From positions 1,101-65,100 of the forward strand of contig NZ_JBAMMI010000085.1 in the NCBI RefSeq assembly GCF_039793865.1: a stretch of 64,000 bases of DNA. Direction: 5' to 3'. Numbering within the stretch: the first letter of the stretch is position 1; the number at the start of each line of letters is the position of its first letter. Source of the DNA: Thermus sp. Lineage in GTDB: Bacteria; Deinococcota; Deinococci; Deinococcales; Thermaceae. Below the pieces are notes generated by a model. It did no database searches. It saw only the letters and a program-made list of their open reading frames with translations, and was not told where the DNA came from. A program made the position numbers and the translations under genes. Shown one piece after another: positions 26,806-36,328 of the stretch.

Positions 26806-26850
26806 GGGCTTCCGTCCCTACGCCCTTGGCGTATACTCTCGGGGAGGAAT

Positions 26851-27966
26851 ATGGCCCTGCCCCTCTACCTGGTGGGCCTCTCCCACAAGACCGCTCCCGT
26901 GGAGGTGCGGGAGCGGGCCTCTTTGGACCCCGTGGTGGGCCTGCCCGCCGCCCTTTCCGCCCTGGGCAAGGGGGTGGTCCTCTCCACCTGCAACCGCACG
27001 GAGCTCTACGGGGTGGGGAGCCCCGAGAGGGCCAAGGCCCTCCTCCTAAAAAGGGGGGTGGCTCCCCGGCACCTCTACGTGAAGGAGGGCCAGGAGGCCC
27101 TGCGCCACCTCTTCCGGGTGGCGGCGGGGCTGGACTCGCTGGTGGTGGGGGAGGCCCAGATCCTGGGCCAGGTGCGGGAGGCGCTCTTCTTGGCGAGAAA
27201 GTACGGGGCCACGGAGAGCCTCCTGGAGAAGGCCTTCCAATCCGCCATCGCCCTGGGGAAAAGGGCCCGGAGCGAAACGGGCATTGGGGCAGGGGCGGTG
27301 AGCGTGGCCTACGCCGCCTTGGACCTGGCCCTCGCCGTCTATGGGGACCTCTCCGGGCTCTCCGTGGCCGTGCTGGGGGCGGGGGAGATGGCGGAGCTCT
27401 TCCTCACCCACCTCAAGGCCCACGGGGTGGGGCGGGTGCTGGTGGTGAACCGCACCGAGGAAAGGGCGAGGGCCCTGGCGGAGCGCTTTGGCGGGGAGGC
27501 CTTCGGCCTTCCCGCCCTTCCCCAGGTCCTCCGCCAGGCGGACCTGGTGGTGGCCTCGGCGGCGGCTCCCCACTACCTGGTGGGGCCCGAGGACCTGCCT
27601 AAAAGGGCCAAGCCCCTCTTCCTCATAGACATCGCCCTGCCCCGGAACATAGACCCGCGGGTGGGCCGCCTCCCCCACGCCTACCTCTACAACCTGGACG
27701 ACCTGGAGCGGGTGGTGGAGAGGAACCTTAGGGCCAGGGAGGGGGAGGTGCCCAAGGTGGAGGCCCTGGTGGAGAAGGCCCTCGCCGACTACCTGGAGTG
27801 GTACGCGGGCCACCGGGTGCGGGAGGCCATTCGCGCTCTGGAGGAGCGTCTTTTTCAGGAGGTGGCCCGGGAGCTGCCCGGGGCCGACCCCCTCACCTGG
27901 CGCAAGGAGGCGGGCCGCCGGGCCCACCCCCTGATCCTGGCCCTCAAGGCCCAGGCCCGGCCATGA
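26851..27966 (+). CDS. hemA: Glutamyl-tRNA reductase
   Basis: GLSHKTAPVEVRE, LSTCNRTELY and the NADPH-binding VLGAGEM motif are present. A GGGGAGGA Shine-Dalgarno and a TATACT box lie upstream. Confidence 0.95.
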   Translation: MALPLYLVGLSHKTAPVEVRERASLDPVVGLPAALSALGKGVVLSTCNRTELYGVGSPERAKALLLKRGVAPRHLYVKEGQEALRHLFRVAAGLDSLVVGEAQILGQVREALFLARKYGATESLLEKAFQSAIALGKRARSETGIGAGAVSVAYAALDLALAVYGDLSGLSVAVLGAGEMAELFLTHLKAHGVGRVLVVNRTEERARALAERFGGEAFGLPALPQVLRQADLVVASAAAPHYLVGPEDLPKRAKPLFLIDIALPRNIDPRVGRLPHAYLYNLDDLERVVERNLRAREGEVPKVEALVEKALADYLEWYAGHRVREAIRALEERLFQEVARELPGADPLTWRKEAGRRAHPLILALKAQARP

Positions 27967-28715
27967 CCCCGGCGAGCCCCCTGGCCCTCCTCGGGGTGGT
28001 GCTCCTGGCGCTAGGGCTTTTCTGGCCCCGGGGAATGGGGTGGGGGGCCCTTGTTTACCTGGGGGCGGCCCTGGCCGATGCCCTCTTCAAGGGGCCTTTT
28101 TCCGGCCCTGCCCAACCTGCCCTCCTCCTTGGGGGGCTTCTCGCCCTAAGGGGGGCCACCCTTTTGGAGAGGCCCTGGCTCGCCCCTCTCGGGCGCTATC
28201 TGGCCCTCCTCTCCCTCCTCCTGGGGCTTTTCGCCCTCAAGGCCCTGCCCCACCCGGGGGAGGGCCTCTCCCCCTTCCTCTCCCTCCTCCACGGGGGGGC
28301 CTTTCTCGTGGCCTACCTCGCCTTGAGCGTGGGGGTGGGGGCGGGGGCGATGTGCGCCCTGCAGGACCTGCGCCTGCGCCGGGCCCCCGAGCGGGCGGTG
28401 GGGAGCGCTCCCCTCTGGAGCCTGAGGCGCCTGGAGCAGGGGTACCTGCGGGTGGGGTACGTGGCGGCCACCCTGGGGCTCGCGAGCGGCATGGCCTGGG
28501 CCTTCGGCTACTTCGGAAGCCCATTGAGCCCGGACCCCAAGGAGGTCCCCGCTCTCTTGGGCTGGCTCCTCCTCACCCTTTACTTCCTCCTGGAGGAGAG
28601 GCTTCGGGGTCTTTCGCGGGCCGGGGTTCTTCTCCTCGCCTACGGCCTTCTCCTCTTCGCCTTCCTGGGGGCGCCCTTTTTAGGCTCCCGGCACCCCTCG
28701 AGGCTTCCTTTTTGA
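27963..28715 (+). CDS. Cytochrome c assembly (CcsA/HemX-like) membrane protein
   Basis: A polytopic membrane protein that starts at ATG 27963, forming an ATGA overlap with the hemA stop. The hemA-hemX arrangement resembles Bacillus. The track ORF 27798-28715 has a non-coding-looking N-terminal extension. Confidence 0.7.
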   Translation: MTPASPLALLGVVLLALGLFWPRGMGWGALVYLGAALADALFKGPFSGPAQPALLLGGLLALRGATLLERPWLAPLGRYLALLSLLLGLFALKALPHPGEGLSPFLSLLHGGAFLVAYLALSVGVGAGAMCALQDLRLRRAPERAVGSAPLWSLRRLEQGYLRVGYVAATLGLASGMAWAFGYFGSPLSPDPKEVPALLGWLLLTLYFLLEERLRGLSRAGVLLLAYGLLLFAFLGAPFLGSRHPSRLPF

Positions 28716-28739
28716 AAAGGTAGAGGGAACCTCAAGGAG

Positions 28740-28922
28740 GTGGAGCGCATCCTGGGGGTGTCCTACCCCACGGTGCGGGCCCGGCTGGACGCCCTCCTCA
28801 AGGCCCTGGGGTACGAGGAGGAAGACAGGGAGGAGGACCGCCTACAGGTCCTGGAGGCCCTGAGGCGGGGGGAGATCAGCCTGGAGGAGGCGGTGGCCCG
28901 CTTGCGGGAAGGGAAAAGCTGA
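28740..28922 (+). CDS. DUF2089-like HTH fragment (lacks the N-terminal zinc ribbon); possibly a gene remnant
   Basis: (RGNLKE)VERILGVSYPTVRARLDALLKALG matches the C-terminal HTH of DUF2089 proteins. An in-frame stop at 28713 removes any zinc-ribbon part. The first possible start is GTG 28740. Confidence 0.4.
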   Translation: MERILGVSYPTVRARLDALLKALGYEEEDREEDRLQVLEALRRGEISLEEAVARLREGKS

Positions 28923-30282
28923 AAGCCGTCCCCTTGCCCACCTGGCTCTCCACCCAGACCTCCCCCCCGTGGGCCTCGAGGATGGCCTTCACGATGGCGA
29001 GGCCGAGGCCCGAGCCGCCCCTTTCCCGGTCCCGGGCCTTGTCCACTCGGTAGAAGCGTTCAAAGAGGTGGGGAAGGTGCTCCTCGGGGATCCCTTCCCC
29101 GTCGTCCTCCACCCGCACCACCGCCTTGTCCCCCAGGTCGAAGGCCCGAAGCCAGACCCGCCTCGCCCCTGCCTTGAGGGCGTTAGAGACCAGGTTGGCC
29201 ATGACCTGGTGGAGCCGGTCGGGGTCCCCCAGGACGTAAAGCTCCTCGGGGGCCTCCACCCGGATCTCCCCCTCAAAGCTCTTGGCGAACTCCTCCCGCA
29301 CCTCTTCCAGGAGGTCTAAGACCCGCACGGGCACGGGGCGGATCCTCCAAGTGCCGCTTTGGGAGAGGTCCAGGAGGTCGGAGACCAGCTTGCCCATGCG
29401 CTCCGCCTCCCGCTTCACCACCTCGAGGCTCTCCCGCTGGGCCTCGGTGAGGGGGGTGCGGCGGAGGAGGTAGCCCACGTGCCCCAGGATGGCGGTGACG
29501 GGGGTTCTGAGCTCGTGGGAGGCGTCCTGGAGGAAGCGGGTCTGGGCCTCAAAGGCCTCCTGCATCCGGGAGAGCATCCCGTTCAGGGCCTTGACCAAGG
29601 CGGCCACCTCGTCCTCGGTCTCCGGCTCGGGCAGGGGCTCGGGGCGGGCGCTCATGGCCTCGGCCTTGCGGGCCGCCCACTCCAGGGGCTCCAGGGCCCG
29701 GGCCACGAGCCTTCGGGCCAGGAACAGGACCAGGAGGAGGACGAGGAGGGCGGTCCCGGCGTAGATGCGGGCGAACTGGCTGAGGGTGGCCTCGAGGTCC
29801 TCCGTGGGCTTGCCCACCAAAAGGGCCCCCTTCCACACCGCCCCGGAGAGGTTCACCTCCACCCGGCGGGCGTAGACCAAAAGGCGCAAGGGGCTTCCCT
29901 CCCGGGGAAGGGCCACCTGGGCCCAGACCTCGCCCTTTTCCAGGAGGGCGCGGTACTGGGCCTCGCCCAGGAGAAGCCTTCCCTGCCCCAGGGCGGGGCT
30001 TTTCTGCAGGCTGATGCCCCCTTCCTTGGCCAAAAGGGCGGGGTTTTCCTCGGGGAGGAGCTGGACCTCGGCGTAGAGGCTCGGCGGGAGGCCCGCCTCC
30101 AGGAGGGCCTGCCCCCCGAGGTTGAGAAGGCGCACCACCTGGTTGCTGGCCTCTAGGAGCTCCCCCCGGAGGTTCCGGTAGAGGAAGCTCCTGAGAAGGC
30201 CTTCCAGGGCGAAGCCCAAGACCAGGAGGGCCACGAGGAGAAGCCCCGCCGTGAGGAGGGTGATCCGGGTCCTGAGGGTCAT
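28876..30282 (-). CDS. Sensor histidine kinase (HAMP-HisKA-HATPase_c)
   Basis: ATG 30282 (MTLRTRITLLTAG...), two TM segments, the H-box SHELRTPVTAI, an N-box, and G-boxes DDGEGIP / GGSGLGLAI. Confidence 0.85.
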   Translation of the reverse strand: MTLRTRITLLTAGLLLVALLVLGFALEGLLRSFLYRNLRGELLEASNQVVRLLNLGGQALLEAGLPPSLYAEVQLLPEENPALLAKEGGISLQKSPALGQGRLLLGEAQYRALLEKGEVWAQVALPREGSPLRLLVYARRVEVNLSGAVWKGALLVGKPTEDLEATLSQFARIYAGTALLVLLLVLFLARRLVARALEPLEWAARKAEAMSARPEPLPEPETEDEVAALVKALNGMLSRMQEAFEAQTRFLQDASHELRTPVTAILGHVGYLLRRTPLTEAQRESLEVVKREAERMGKLVSDLLDLSQSGTWRIRPVPVRVLDLLEEVREEFAKSFEGEIRVEAPEELYVLGDPDRLHQVMANLVSNALKAGARRVWLRAFDLGDKAVVRVEDDGEGIPEEHLPHLFERFYRVDKARDRERGGSGLGLAIVKAILEAHGGEVWVESQVGKGTAFSFSLPASGPPPPPG

Positions 30283-30307
30283 GCCGGGGGGTTGGGCGGG
30301 CCTGGGC

Positions 30308-30982
30308 TCAGTCCTCCCTGAGGACGTACCCCACCCCCCGCACCGTGTGGATGAGGCGGCGCTCCCCCCCGGCCTCCAGCTTCTTGCGCAGGTAGCCGAT
30401 GTAGACGTCCACCACGTTGCTTCCCCCTTGGTAGCCCGGCCAGACCTTCTCCTCAATCTCGTAGCGGCTGAAGACCTTGCCGGGGTTCTTGGCGAGGAGC
30501 TCCAGGAGCTCAAACTCCTTGTTGGAGAGCTCCACCCGCCGCCCGCCCCGGAAGACCTCCCGGCCCTCGAGGTTGATGATGAGGTCCGCCACCCGGATCT
30601 CCCCGGTGATGGCCGGGGTGACCCGGCGGAGGTGGGCCCGCACCCGGGCGAGGAGCTCCTCTATGGAAAAGGGCTTCACCAGGTAGTCGTCGGCCCCGGC
30701 GTCCAGGCCCGCCACCTTGTCCTCCACGCGGTCCTTGGCGGTGAGGATGAGGATGGGCACGTTGGAGGTCTTGCGGATGCGCTTGGCCACCTCAATCCCG
30801 TCCATGACGGGAAGCATCAGGTCCAGGATCACCAGGTTGGGGTTCACCTCCCGGAACTTGGAAAGCCCGGTGATGCCGTCGTGGGCCACCTCGGTGCGGT
30901 AGCCCTCCGCCTGGAGCTCTAGCTCAATGAAGCGGGCGATGTCCTTCTCGTCTTCCACGATGAGGATCAGAGGGGGTTCCAT
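30308..30982 (-). CDS. OmpR/PhoB-family response regulator
   Basis: Receiver domain (ILIVEDE, ILDLMLP, LTAK) followed by a winged-helix output domain ([19 protein letters not shown]). Confidence 0.9.
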   Translation of the reverse strand: MEPPLILIVEDEKDIARFIELELQAEGYRTEVAHDGITGLSKFREVNPNLVILDLMLPVMDGIEVAKRIRKTSNVPILILTAKDRVEDKVAGLDAGADDYLVKPFSIEELLARVRAHLRRVTPAITGEIRVADLIINLEGREVFRGGRRVELSNKEFELLELLAKNPGKVFSRYEIEEKVWPGYQGGSNVVDVYIGYLRKKLEAGGERRLIHTVRGVGYVLRED

Positions 30983-30998
30983 GCCCCCATGGTACTCA

Positions 30999-31014
30999 CT
31001 TTCTCATGAGAAAG
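30999..31014. promoter_or_regulatory. Perfect 16-bp palindrome CTTTCTCATGAGAAAG between ppsA and the response-regulator gene
   Basis: It is self-complementary over all 16 nt. It lies 17 nt upstream of the RR start codon at 30982 and 57 nt downstream of the ppsA stop. Confidence 0.35.
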
Positions 31015-31070
31015 CCAGGTGCGGGGCCCGGTTCACGAAAAAGGGCGGGGGTGCTCGCAGGCTGGCCAAG

Positions 31071-33464
31071 CTATCCGATTCCGAGCCTCGTTTCCACCTC
31101 CGCCACCTCCCGCACCGTGCGCAAGAGGGCGTCCGGGTTGAGGCTTAGGGAGTCTATGCCCCTTTCCACCAAAAAGGCGGCGAACTCGGGGTAGTCCGAG
31201 GGGGCCTGGCCGCAGATGCCCACAGGCCTCCCCTTGGCGTGGGCCTTCTCAATGAGCATGGCCGCGAGGCGCTTCACCGTCTCCCGCCTTTCGTCAAAGA
31301 GGTGGGCCACCCGTTCGGAGTCCCGGTCCAGGCCCAGGGCGAGCTGGGTGAGGTCGTTGGAGCCGATGGAGAAGCCGTCAAAGAGCTCGGCGAAGGCCTC
31401 GGCCTCGAGGACGTTGGCGGGAATCTCCGCCATCACGTAGACCTGAAGCCCGCCCTCCCCCCGCCTGAGGCCCCCCTCCGCCATGACCTCCAAGACCTTC
31501 TCCCCCTCCTCCGGGGTGCGGCAGAAGGGGACCATCACGTGAAGGTTCCTTAAGCCCATCTCCTCCCGCACCCGCTTCACCGCGGCCACCTCCAGGAGGA
31601 AGCCCTCCTTGTAGTCCGGGTGGTAGTAGCGGCTCGCCCCCCGCCACCCCAGCATGGGGTTCTCCTCCTTGGGCTCAAAGAGGTGCCCCCCGAGGAGGCG
31701 GGCGTACTCGTTGGTCTTGAAGTCGGAGAAGCGGAGGAGAACGGGCCTCGGGTAGAAGGCGGCGGCGATGAGGCCGATCCCCTCGCTCAGGCGCTCCACG
31801 AAGTAGGCCCGCTTGTCGGGGTAGGCCTCGGTGGCCTCCTCCACCTGGCGGCGGACCTCCTTGGGGAGGGTTTCAAACCGGGTGAGGGCCAGGGGGTGGA
31901 CGCGCACGTGGCTCGCGAAGACGAACTCCATCCGGAGAAGGCCCACCCCCTCGGTGGGGAGGAGGCTCGCCCTTAGGGCCTCCTCCGGGGTGCCCACGTT
32001 CACCAGGATCTTGGTCCGGGTCTTGGGCAGGGTCTCGGGGCGGATCTCCTCCACCTCAAAGGGGAGCCTCCCCCGGTAGACCCGCCCCACCTCCCCCTCG
32101 GCGCAGGAGACCGTGACCTCCTCCCCTTCGGGGACCAGCCGGGTGGCCCCCACCGCCCCCACCACCGCGGGCACCCCCAGCTCCCGGGCCACGATGGCCG
32201 CGTGGGAGGTGCGCCCGCCCCTTTCGGTGACGATGGCCGCCGCCTTCTTCATGATGGGCTCCCAGTCGGGGTTGGTGGTCTCCGTGACCAGGACCTCCCC
32301 CTCCTGGAAGCGGTCCATCTCCTTGGGGTCCTTGAGGACGCGGGCCCGGCCCGTGGCGATGGCCTCGCCCACGGCGAGCCCCTCCGCCAGGACCTCGCCC
32401 TTCTTTAGGAGGCGGAAGACGCGGAGGACCGGGGCCTTTTGCGAGTGGACGGTCTCGGGCCGGGCCTGGAGGACGAAGAGCTCCCCCGTGGGGCCGTCCT
32501 TGGCCCACTCAATGTCCATGGGGGTGGGGCTTCCCCGCTTCTTGGAGTAGTGGTCCTCAATCTTCAGCGCCCAGTCGGCGAGGAGGAGGACCTCCTCGTC
32601 CTTTAGGGCGAAGCGGTTCCGCAGGTAGGGGGGCGTGGGGCGGTTCTTGAGCCTCCCTTCCCTGGGGTCAAAGGCCAGGGTGAACTCCTTGGCGCCGAGC
32701 CGCTTATAGACCACGGCCCGGAAGCCCTCCCGGAAGGTCTCCTTGTGCACGTAGTAGCCGTCCGGGACCACCCGGCCCTGGACGATGTTCTCGCCGAGGC
32801 CGTAGATGGCCGTGAGGTAGACCAAGCCCCGGTGGCCGGTGTCGGGGTCCAGGGTGAAGATGACCCCGCTTGCGGCGGCATCGGCCCGCACCATGCGCTG
32901 GACCCCCACGCTTAGGGCCACCTTGAGGTGGTCAAAGCCCATGTGGGACCGGTAGCTGATGGCCCGCGCCGTGAAGAGGCTCGCCATGGCCCGCTTCACG
33001 TGGAGGAGGAGGCCCTCTTCCCCTTGGACGTAGAGAAAGCTTTCCTGCTGCCCGGCGAAGCTCGCCGTGGGGAGGTCCTCGGCGGTGGCGCTGGAGCGCA
33101 CCGCCACGGGGATCTCCTCCTCCCCCGCCTCCTGGGAGAGCTTGCGGTAGGCCTCGAGGATCTCCTCCCGGAGGTCTTGGGGGTATTCGCCCTTGAGGAT
33201 GAGGTTCCGTAGGCGGCGGCCCGCCCTCTCCAGGGCCTTGGGGTCCTCCGGGTCCAGCCCCTTGAGTTCCTTGGCGATGGCCTCCTCGAGGCCGTTGTGC
33301 CGGAGGAAATGCCGGTAGGCCTCGCTGGTGGTGGCGAAGCCTTCCGGCACCTTCACCCCTAAGGGGGAAAGCTCCCGGATCATCTCCCCCAGGGAGGCGT
33401 TCTTGCCCCCCACCAGGGGGACGTCCTCCAGGCCCACCTCGTGGAAAAACCGCACCCATCTCAT
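31071..33464 (-). CDS. ppsA: Phosphoenolpyruvate synthase
   Basis: N-terminal ATP-grasp (VGGKNASLGEM), the phospho-His motif GGRTSHAAIVARELGVP and a C-terminal PEP-utilising TIM domain; 797 aa. Confidence 0.95.
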   Translation of the reverse strand: MRWVRFFHEVGLEDVPLVGGKNASLGEMIRELSPLGVKVPEGFATTSEAYRHFLRHNGLEEAIAKELKGLDPEDPKALERAGRRLRNLILKGEYPQDLREEILEAYRKLSQEAGEEEIPVAVRSSATAEDLPTASFAGQQESFLYVQGEEGLLLHVKRAMASLFTARAISYRSHMGFDHLKVALSVGVQRMVRADAAASGVIFTLDPDTGHRGLVYLTAIYGLGENIVQGRVVPDGYYVHKETFREGFRAVVYKRLGAKEFTLAFDPREGRLKNRPTPPYLRNRFALKDEEVLLLADWALKIEDHYSKKRGSPTPMDIEWAKDGPTGELFVLQARPETVHSQKAPVLRVFRLLKKGEVLAEGLAVGEAIATGRARVLKDPKEMDRFQEGEVLVTETTNPDWEPIMKKAAAIVTERGGRTSHAAIVARELGVPAVVGAVGATRLVPEGEEVTVSCAEGEVGRVYRGRLPFEVEEIRPETLPKTRTKILVNVGTPEEALRASLLPTEGVGLLRMEFVFASHVRVHPLALTRFETLPKEVRRQVEEATEAYPDKRAYFVERLSEGIGLIAAAFYPRPVLLRFSDFKTNEYARLLGGHLFEPKEENPMLGWRGASRYYHPDYKEGFLLEVAAVKRVREEMGLRNLHVMVPFCRTPEEGEKVLEVMAEGGLRRGEGGLQVYVMAEIPANVLEAEAFAELFDGFSIGSNDLTQLALGLDRDSERVAHLFDERRETVKRLAAMLIEKAHAKGRPVGICGQAPSDYPEFAAFLVERGIDSLSLNPDALLRTVREVAEVETRLGIG

Positions 33465-34351
33465 GGGATCCCTCCCTTCTTTAAGGCCTCCTCCAGTACC
33501 CTCTCGGCCCTTTCCCCCTCGTAAAGGGCCTCCTCCGTGAGGAAGAGGCGGTGGGGGAGGGCGAGGAAGGCGGCGTCTCTGAGCTCCTTCCAGTCCACGA
33601 AGGGCTTCTTCCGCAGGTAGGCGAGGGCCTTGGCCAGGGCCAGCCAGGCCTTGGCCCCCCTGGGGGAAAGCCCCATGCGGAGGCGCCGGTCCTCCTCTGT
33701 GAGGAAGGCCACGTGGGTGATGGCCAAAAGGGCCTCCTTGGCCACCCGCACCTCCCCCGCCTCCTCCTGGGCCTTGAGGAGGTCCACCTCCACCGGCTCC
33801 GGGGTCTTGGGCTCCTCGGTGAGGATCCTAAGCCACACCTCCCGCCTCGGGGGGCGGAAGGGGATCTTGGCGGTGAAGCGGTCCAGCTGGGCCTCGGGCA
33901 GGGGGTAGGTGCCCTCCAGCTCCAGGGGGTTTTGCGTGGCGAGGACGAAGAAGGGCTCGGGCAAGGGGTGGCGCGCGCCCCCTGCGGTCACCGCCCTTTC
34001 CTGCATGGCCTCCAGAAGAGCCGACTGCACCTTGGGGGGCGCCCGGTTGATCTCGTCCGCCAGGACCACCTGGGCGAAGAGGGGGCCCTTCACGAACTCA
34101 AAGCGGCCTTCCCGGAAGACCTCGCTCCCCGTGAGGTCCTGGGGGAGGAGGTCCGGGGTGAACTGGATGCGCTTGTAGGCGAGGCCGCTCGCCCGGGCCA
34201 GGCTTTCCGCGAGGAGGGTCTTGCCCAGGCCCGGCATCCCCTCCAAAAGGGCGTGCCCCCGGGCGAGGAGGACGGCGAGGAGGGCCTCTATGACCTCCTC
34301 CTGGCCGAAGAGGGCCTCCCCCAGGGCTTCCCGAAGCCGCTCCAAGGCCAC
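33461..34351 (-). CDS. MoxR-like AAA+ ATPase
   Basis: Walker A GMPGLGKT, Walker B/sensor LADEINRAPPKVQSALLEAMQER, and the ATQNP motif. GTG start immediately follows the upstream TAG. Confidence 0.85.
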   Translation of the reverse strand: MALERLREALGEALFGQEEVIEALLAVLLARGHALLEGMPGLGKTLLAESLARASGLAYKRIQFTPDLLPQDLTGSEVFREGRFEFVKGPLFAQVVLADEINRAPPKVQSALLEAMQERAVTAGGARHPLPEPFFVLATQNPLELEGTYPLPEAQLDRFTAKIPFRPPRREVWLRILTEEPKTPEPVEVDLLKAQEEAGEVRVAKEALLAITHVAFLTEEDRRLRMGLSPRGAKAWLALAKALAYLRKKPFVDWKELRDAAFLALPHRLFLTEEALYEGERAERVLEEALKKGGIP

Positions 34352-36328
34352 CTAGCCCTCCTGGGCCCGCTCCTGGACGATCCTCTGGGCGAGGTGCGGG
34401 GGGACCTCGGCGTAGTGGCTGAACTCCAGGGTGTAGGCCCCCGCCCCCCCGGTGAGGCCGGGGAGGGCCTTGTAGTACTCCAGGACCTCGGCGAGGGGCA
34501 CCTCGGCGTGGACCACGCTCAAGGCCCCCTCCTGCTCCATGCCCAGGATCCTTCCCCGCCGGGCCTGGAGGTCGGAGAGGACGTCCCCCACCCGCTCCTG
34601 GGGGGCGAGGACCTTGAGGCGGTAGATGGGCTCCAAGAGCACGGGGTTCGCCTCGGCCATTACCTTCTTGAAGGCGAGGCTCGCGGCGATCTGGAAGGCG
34701 AGGTCCGAGGAGTCCACCTCGTGGTAGGAGCCGTTGTAGACGATGGCCTTGAAGCCCATCACGGGAAAGCCCGCCAGCACTCCCTTCTTGGCCGCCTCCT
34801 TGATCCCCTCCTCTATGGCCTCCTGGTACTTGCTGGGGATGACCCCGCCGGTGATGCGCCACTCAAAGGCGTACTCGGGGGCGGGCTCAAGCCTCAGCCA
34901 CACGTCCCCGTACTGGCCGTGGCCCCCGGTCTGCTTCTTGTACTTGCCCTGGCCCTCGGCCACCCTTCTTATGGTCTCCCGGTAGGGCACCTTGGGGAGG
35001 GAGTACTCCACCTCCACCCCGTAGTCCGAGAGGCGCTCCTTGGCCGTGGTGAGGTGAAGCTCCCCGTGGCCCCAAAGGAGGAGCTCCCCCGTCTCCTCCT
35101 GGCGCTCTATCTTCAGGCTCGGGTCCTCCTCGAGGAGCTTCCTCAGGGCCTCCCCCAGCCGGGCCTCGTCCGTGCGCCCCTTGGGGTGGAGGGCCACGGG
35201 CACGTTGGGCTCGGGGAGGCGGGCGAAGGGCACCTCCTCGCTTTCCGGCTTAGGCCCTTGCCAGAGCACCATGCCCCGGTGGAGGCCCTCCGCTTTGGGA
35301 AGGCCCAGGATGTAGCCCGCCTCCGCCTCCTCCACCTCCAGGAGGTCCTTCCCCATGGGCACGTAGAGGTGGGGGAGGCGCACCTGCCCCGCCTCGCTTT
35401 GGAGGCTGTCCCCGGGCCTGAGCCTTCCCCGGTAGAGGCGCACGTAGGCCACCTGGCCCATGAAGGGGTCCACCTGGACCTTAAAGACCTTGGCCAAGGG
35501 GGGGCCATCCCCGAAGCGCTCCGTGGGGGAGGGGAGGGCCTCCAGGACGAGATCCAGAAGGGGAAGCACCCCGATCCCCGCCTCCCCCGAGGCCAGGGCC
35601 ACGGGGTAGAGGAGGCCTCTCCGCACCGCCTCGTGGAAGGCCTTCTCCAGGACCTCCCCCGTGACCTCCTCCCCCTCCAGGTACTTCTCCAGGAGGCCCT
35701 CGTCGGTTTCCACGATGGCCTCGAGGACCTCCTGGCGGAAGCGCTCCGCCCTTTCCCTTTCCTCTTGGGGGACCGCCACCTCCACTTCCCGCCCCTCCTG
35801 GTAGCGGTAGGCCTTCCCGTGGAAGACGTCAATGAGCCCCACCCACTGCCCCCCCTCGTAGAGGGGGAGGTCTATGGGGAGGATGGGGCCCAGGGTGCTC
35901 CTCAGGTCCTGGAGGAGGGCGTAGTAGTCCCCGCCCTTGTCCAGCTTGGTGACCACCACCATGCGGGGAAGGCCGAGCCGCTCGGCCACGGTCCAGGCCC
36001 GTTCCGTGCCCACCTGCACCCCGCCCTCCGCCGAGACCGCCACCAAGGCGGCGTCCGCGGCCTCCAGGGCCCCCCGGATCTCCCCCACGAAGTCCCCGTA
36101 GCCCGGGGCGTCCAGGAGGAAGACCCGGTGGCCCCGGTAGCGGAGGGGGGCGACCCCGGTGCGCACCGTGGTGCGGTGGAGCCTGGCCTCGGGGGTGTAG
36201 TCCGTGGTGGTGGTGCCTTCTTCCACCCGGCCCCTGCGTTCCTTGGCCCCCGTGTGGAAAAGCAGGGCCTCGGTGAGGGTGGTTTTGCCGCTGCCTGCGT
36301 GCCCTACCAGGGCCACGGTTCGGATCAT
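34352..36328 (-). CDS. Elongation factor G paralog (EF-G-2-like)
   Basis: G1 GHAGSGKTT and G3 DAPGYGDF, with an EF-G domain II-V pattern. 658 aa counted from ATG 36328, with GAAGGAGG Shine-Dalgarno and a TATACT box upstream. Confidence 0.9.
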   Translation of the reverse strand: MIRTVALVGHAGSGKTTLTEALLFHTGAKERRGRVEEGTTTTDYTPEARLHRTTVRTGVAPLRYRGHRVFLLDAPGYGDFVGEIRGALEAADAALVAVSAEGGVQVGTERAWTVAERLGLPRMVVVTKLDKGGDYYALLQDLRSTLGPILPIDLPLYEGGQWVGLIDVFHGKAYRYQEGREVEVAVPQEERERAERFRQEVLEAIVETDEGLLEKYLEGEEVTGEVLEKAFHEAVRRGLLYPVALASGEAGIGVLPLLDLVLEALPSPTERFGDGPPLAKVFKVQVDPFMGQVAYVRLYRGRLRPGDSLQSEAGQVRLPHLYVPMGKDLLEVEEAEAGYILGLPKAEGLHRGMVLWQGPKPESEEVPFARLPEPNVPVALHPKGRTDEARLGEALRKLLEEDPSLKIERQEETGELLLWGHGELHLTTAKERLSDYGVEVEYSLPKVPYRETIRRVAEGQGKYKKQTGGHGQYGDVWLRLEPAPEYAFEWRITGGVIPSKYQEAIEEGIKEAAKKGVLAGFPVMGFKAIVYNGSYHEVDSSDLAFQIAASLAFKKVMAEANPVLLEPIYRLKVLAPQERVGDVLSDLQARRGRILGMEQEGALSVVHAEVPLAEVLEYYKALPGLTGGAGAYTLEFSHYAEVPPHLAQRIVQERAQEG

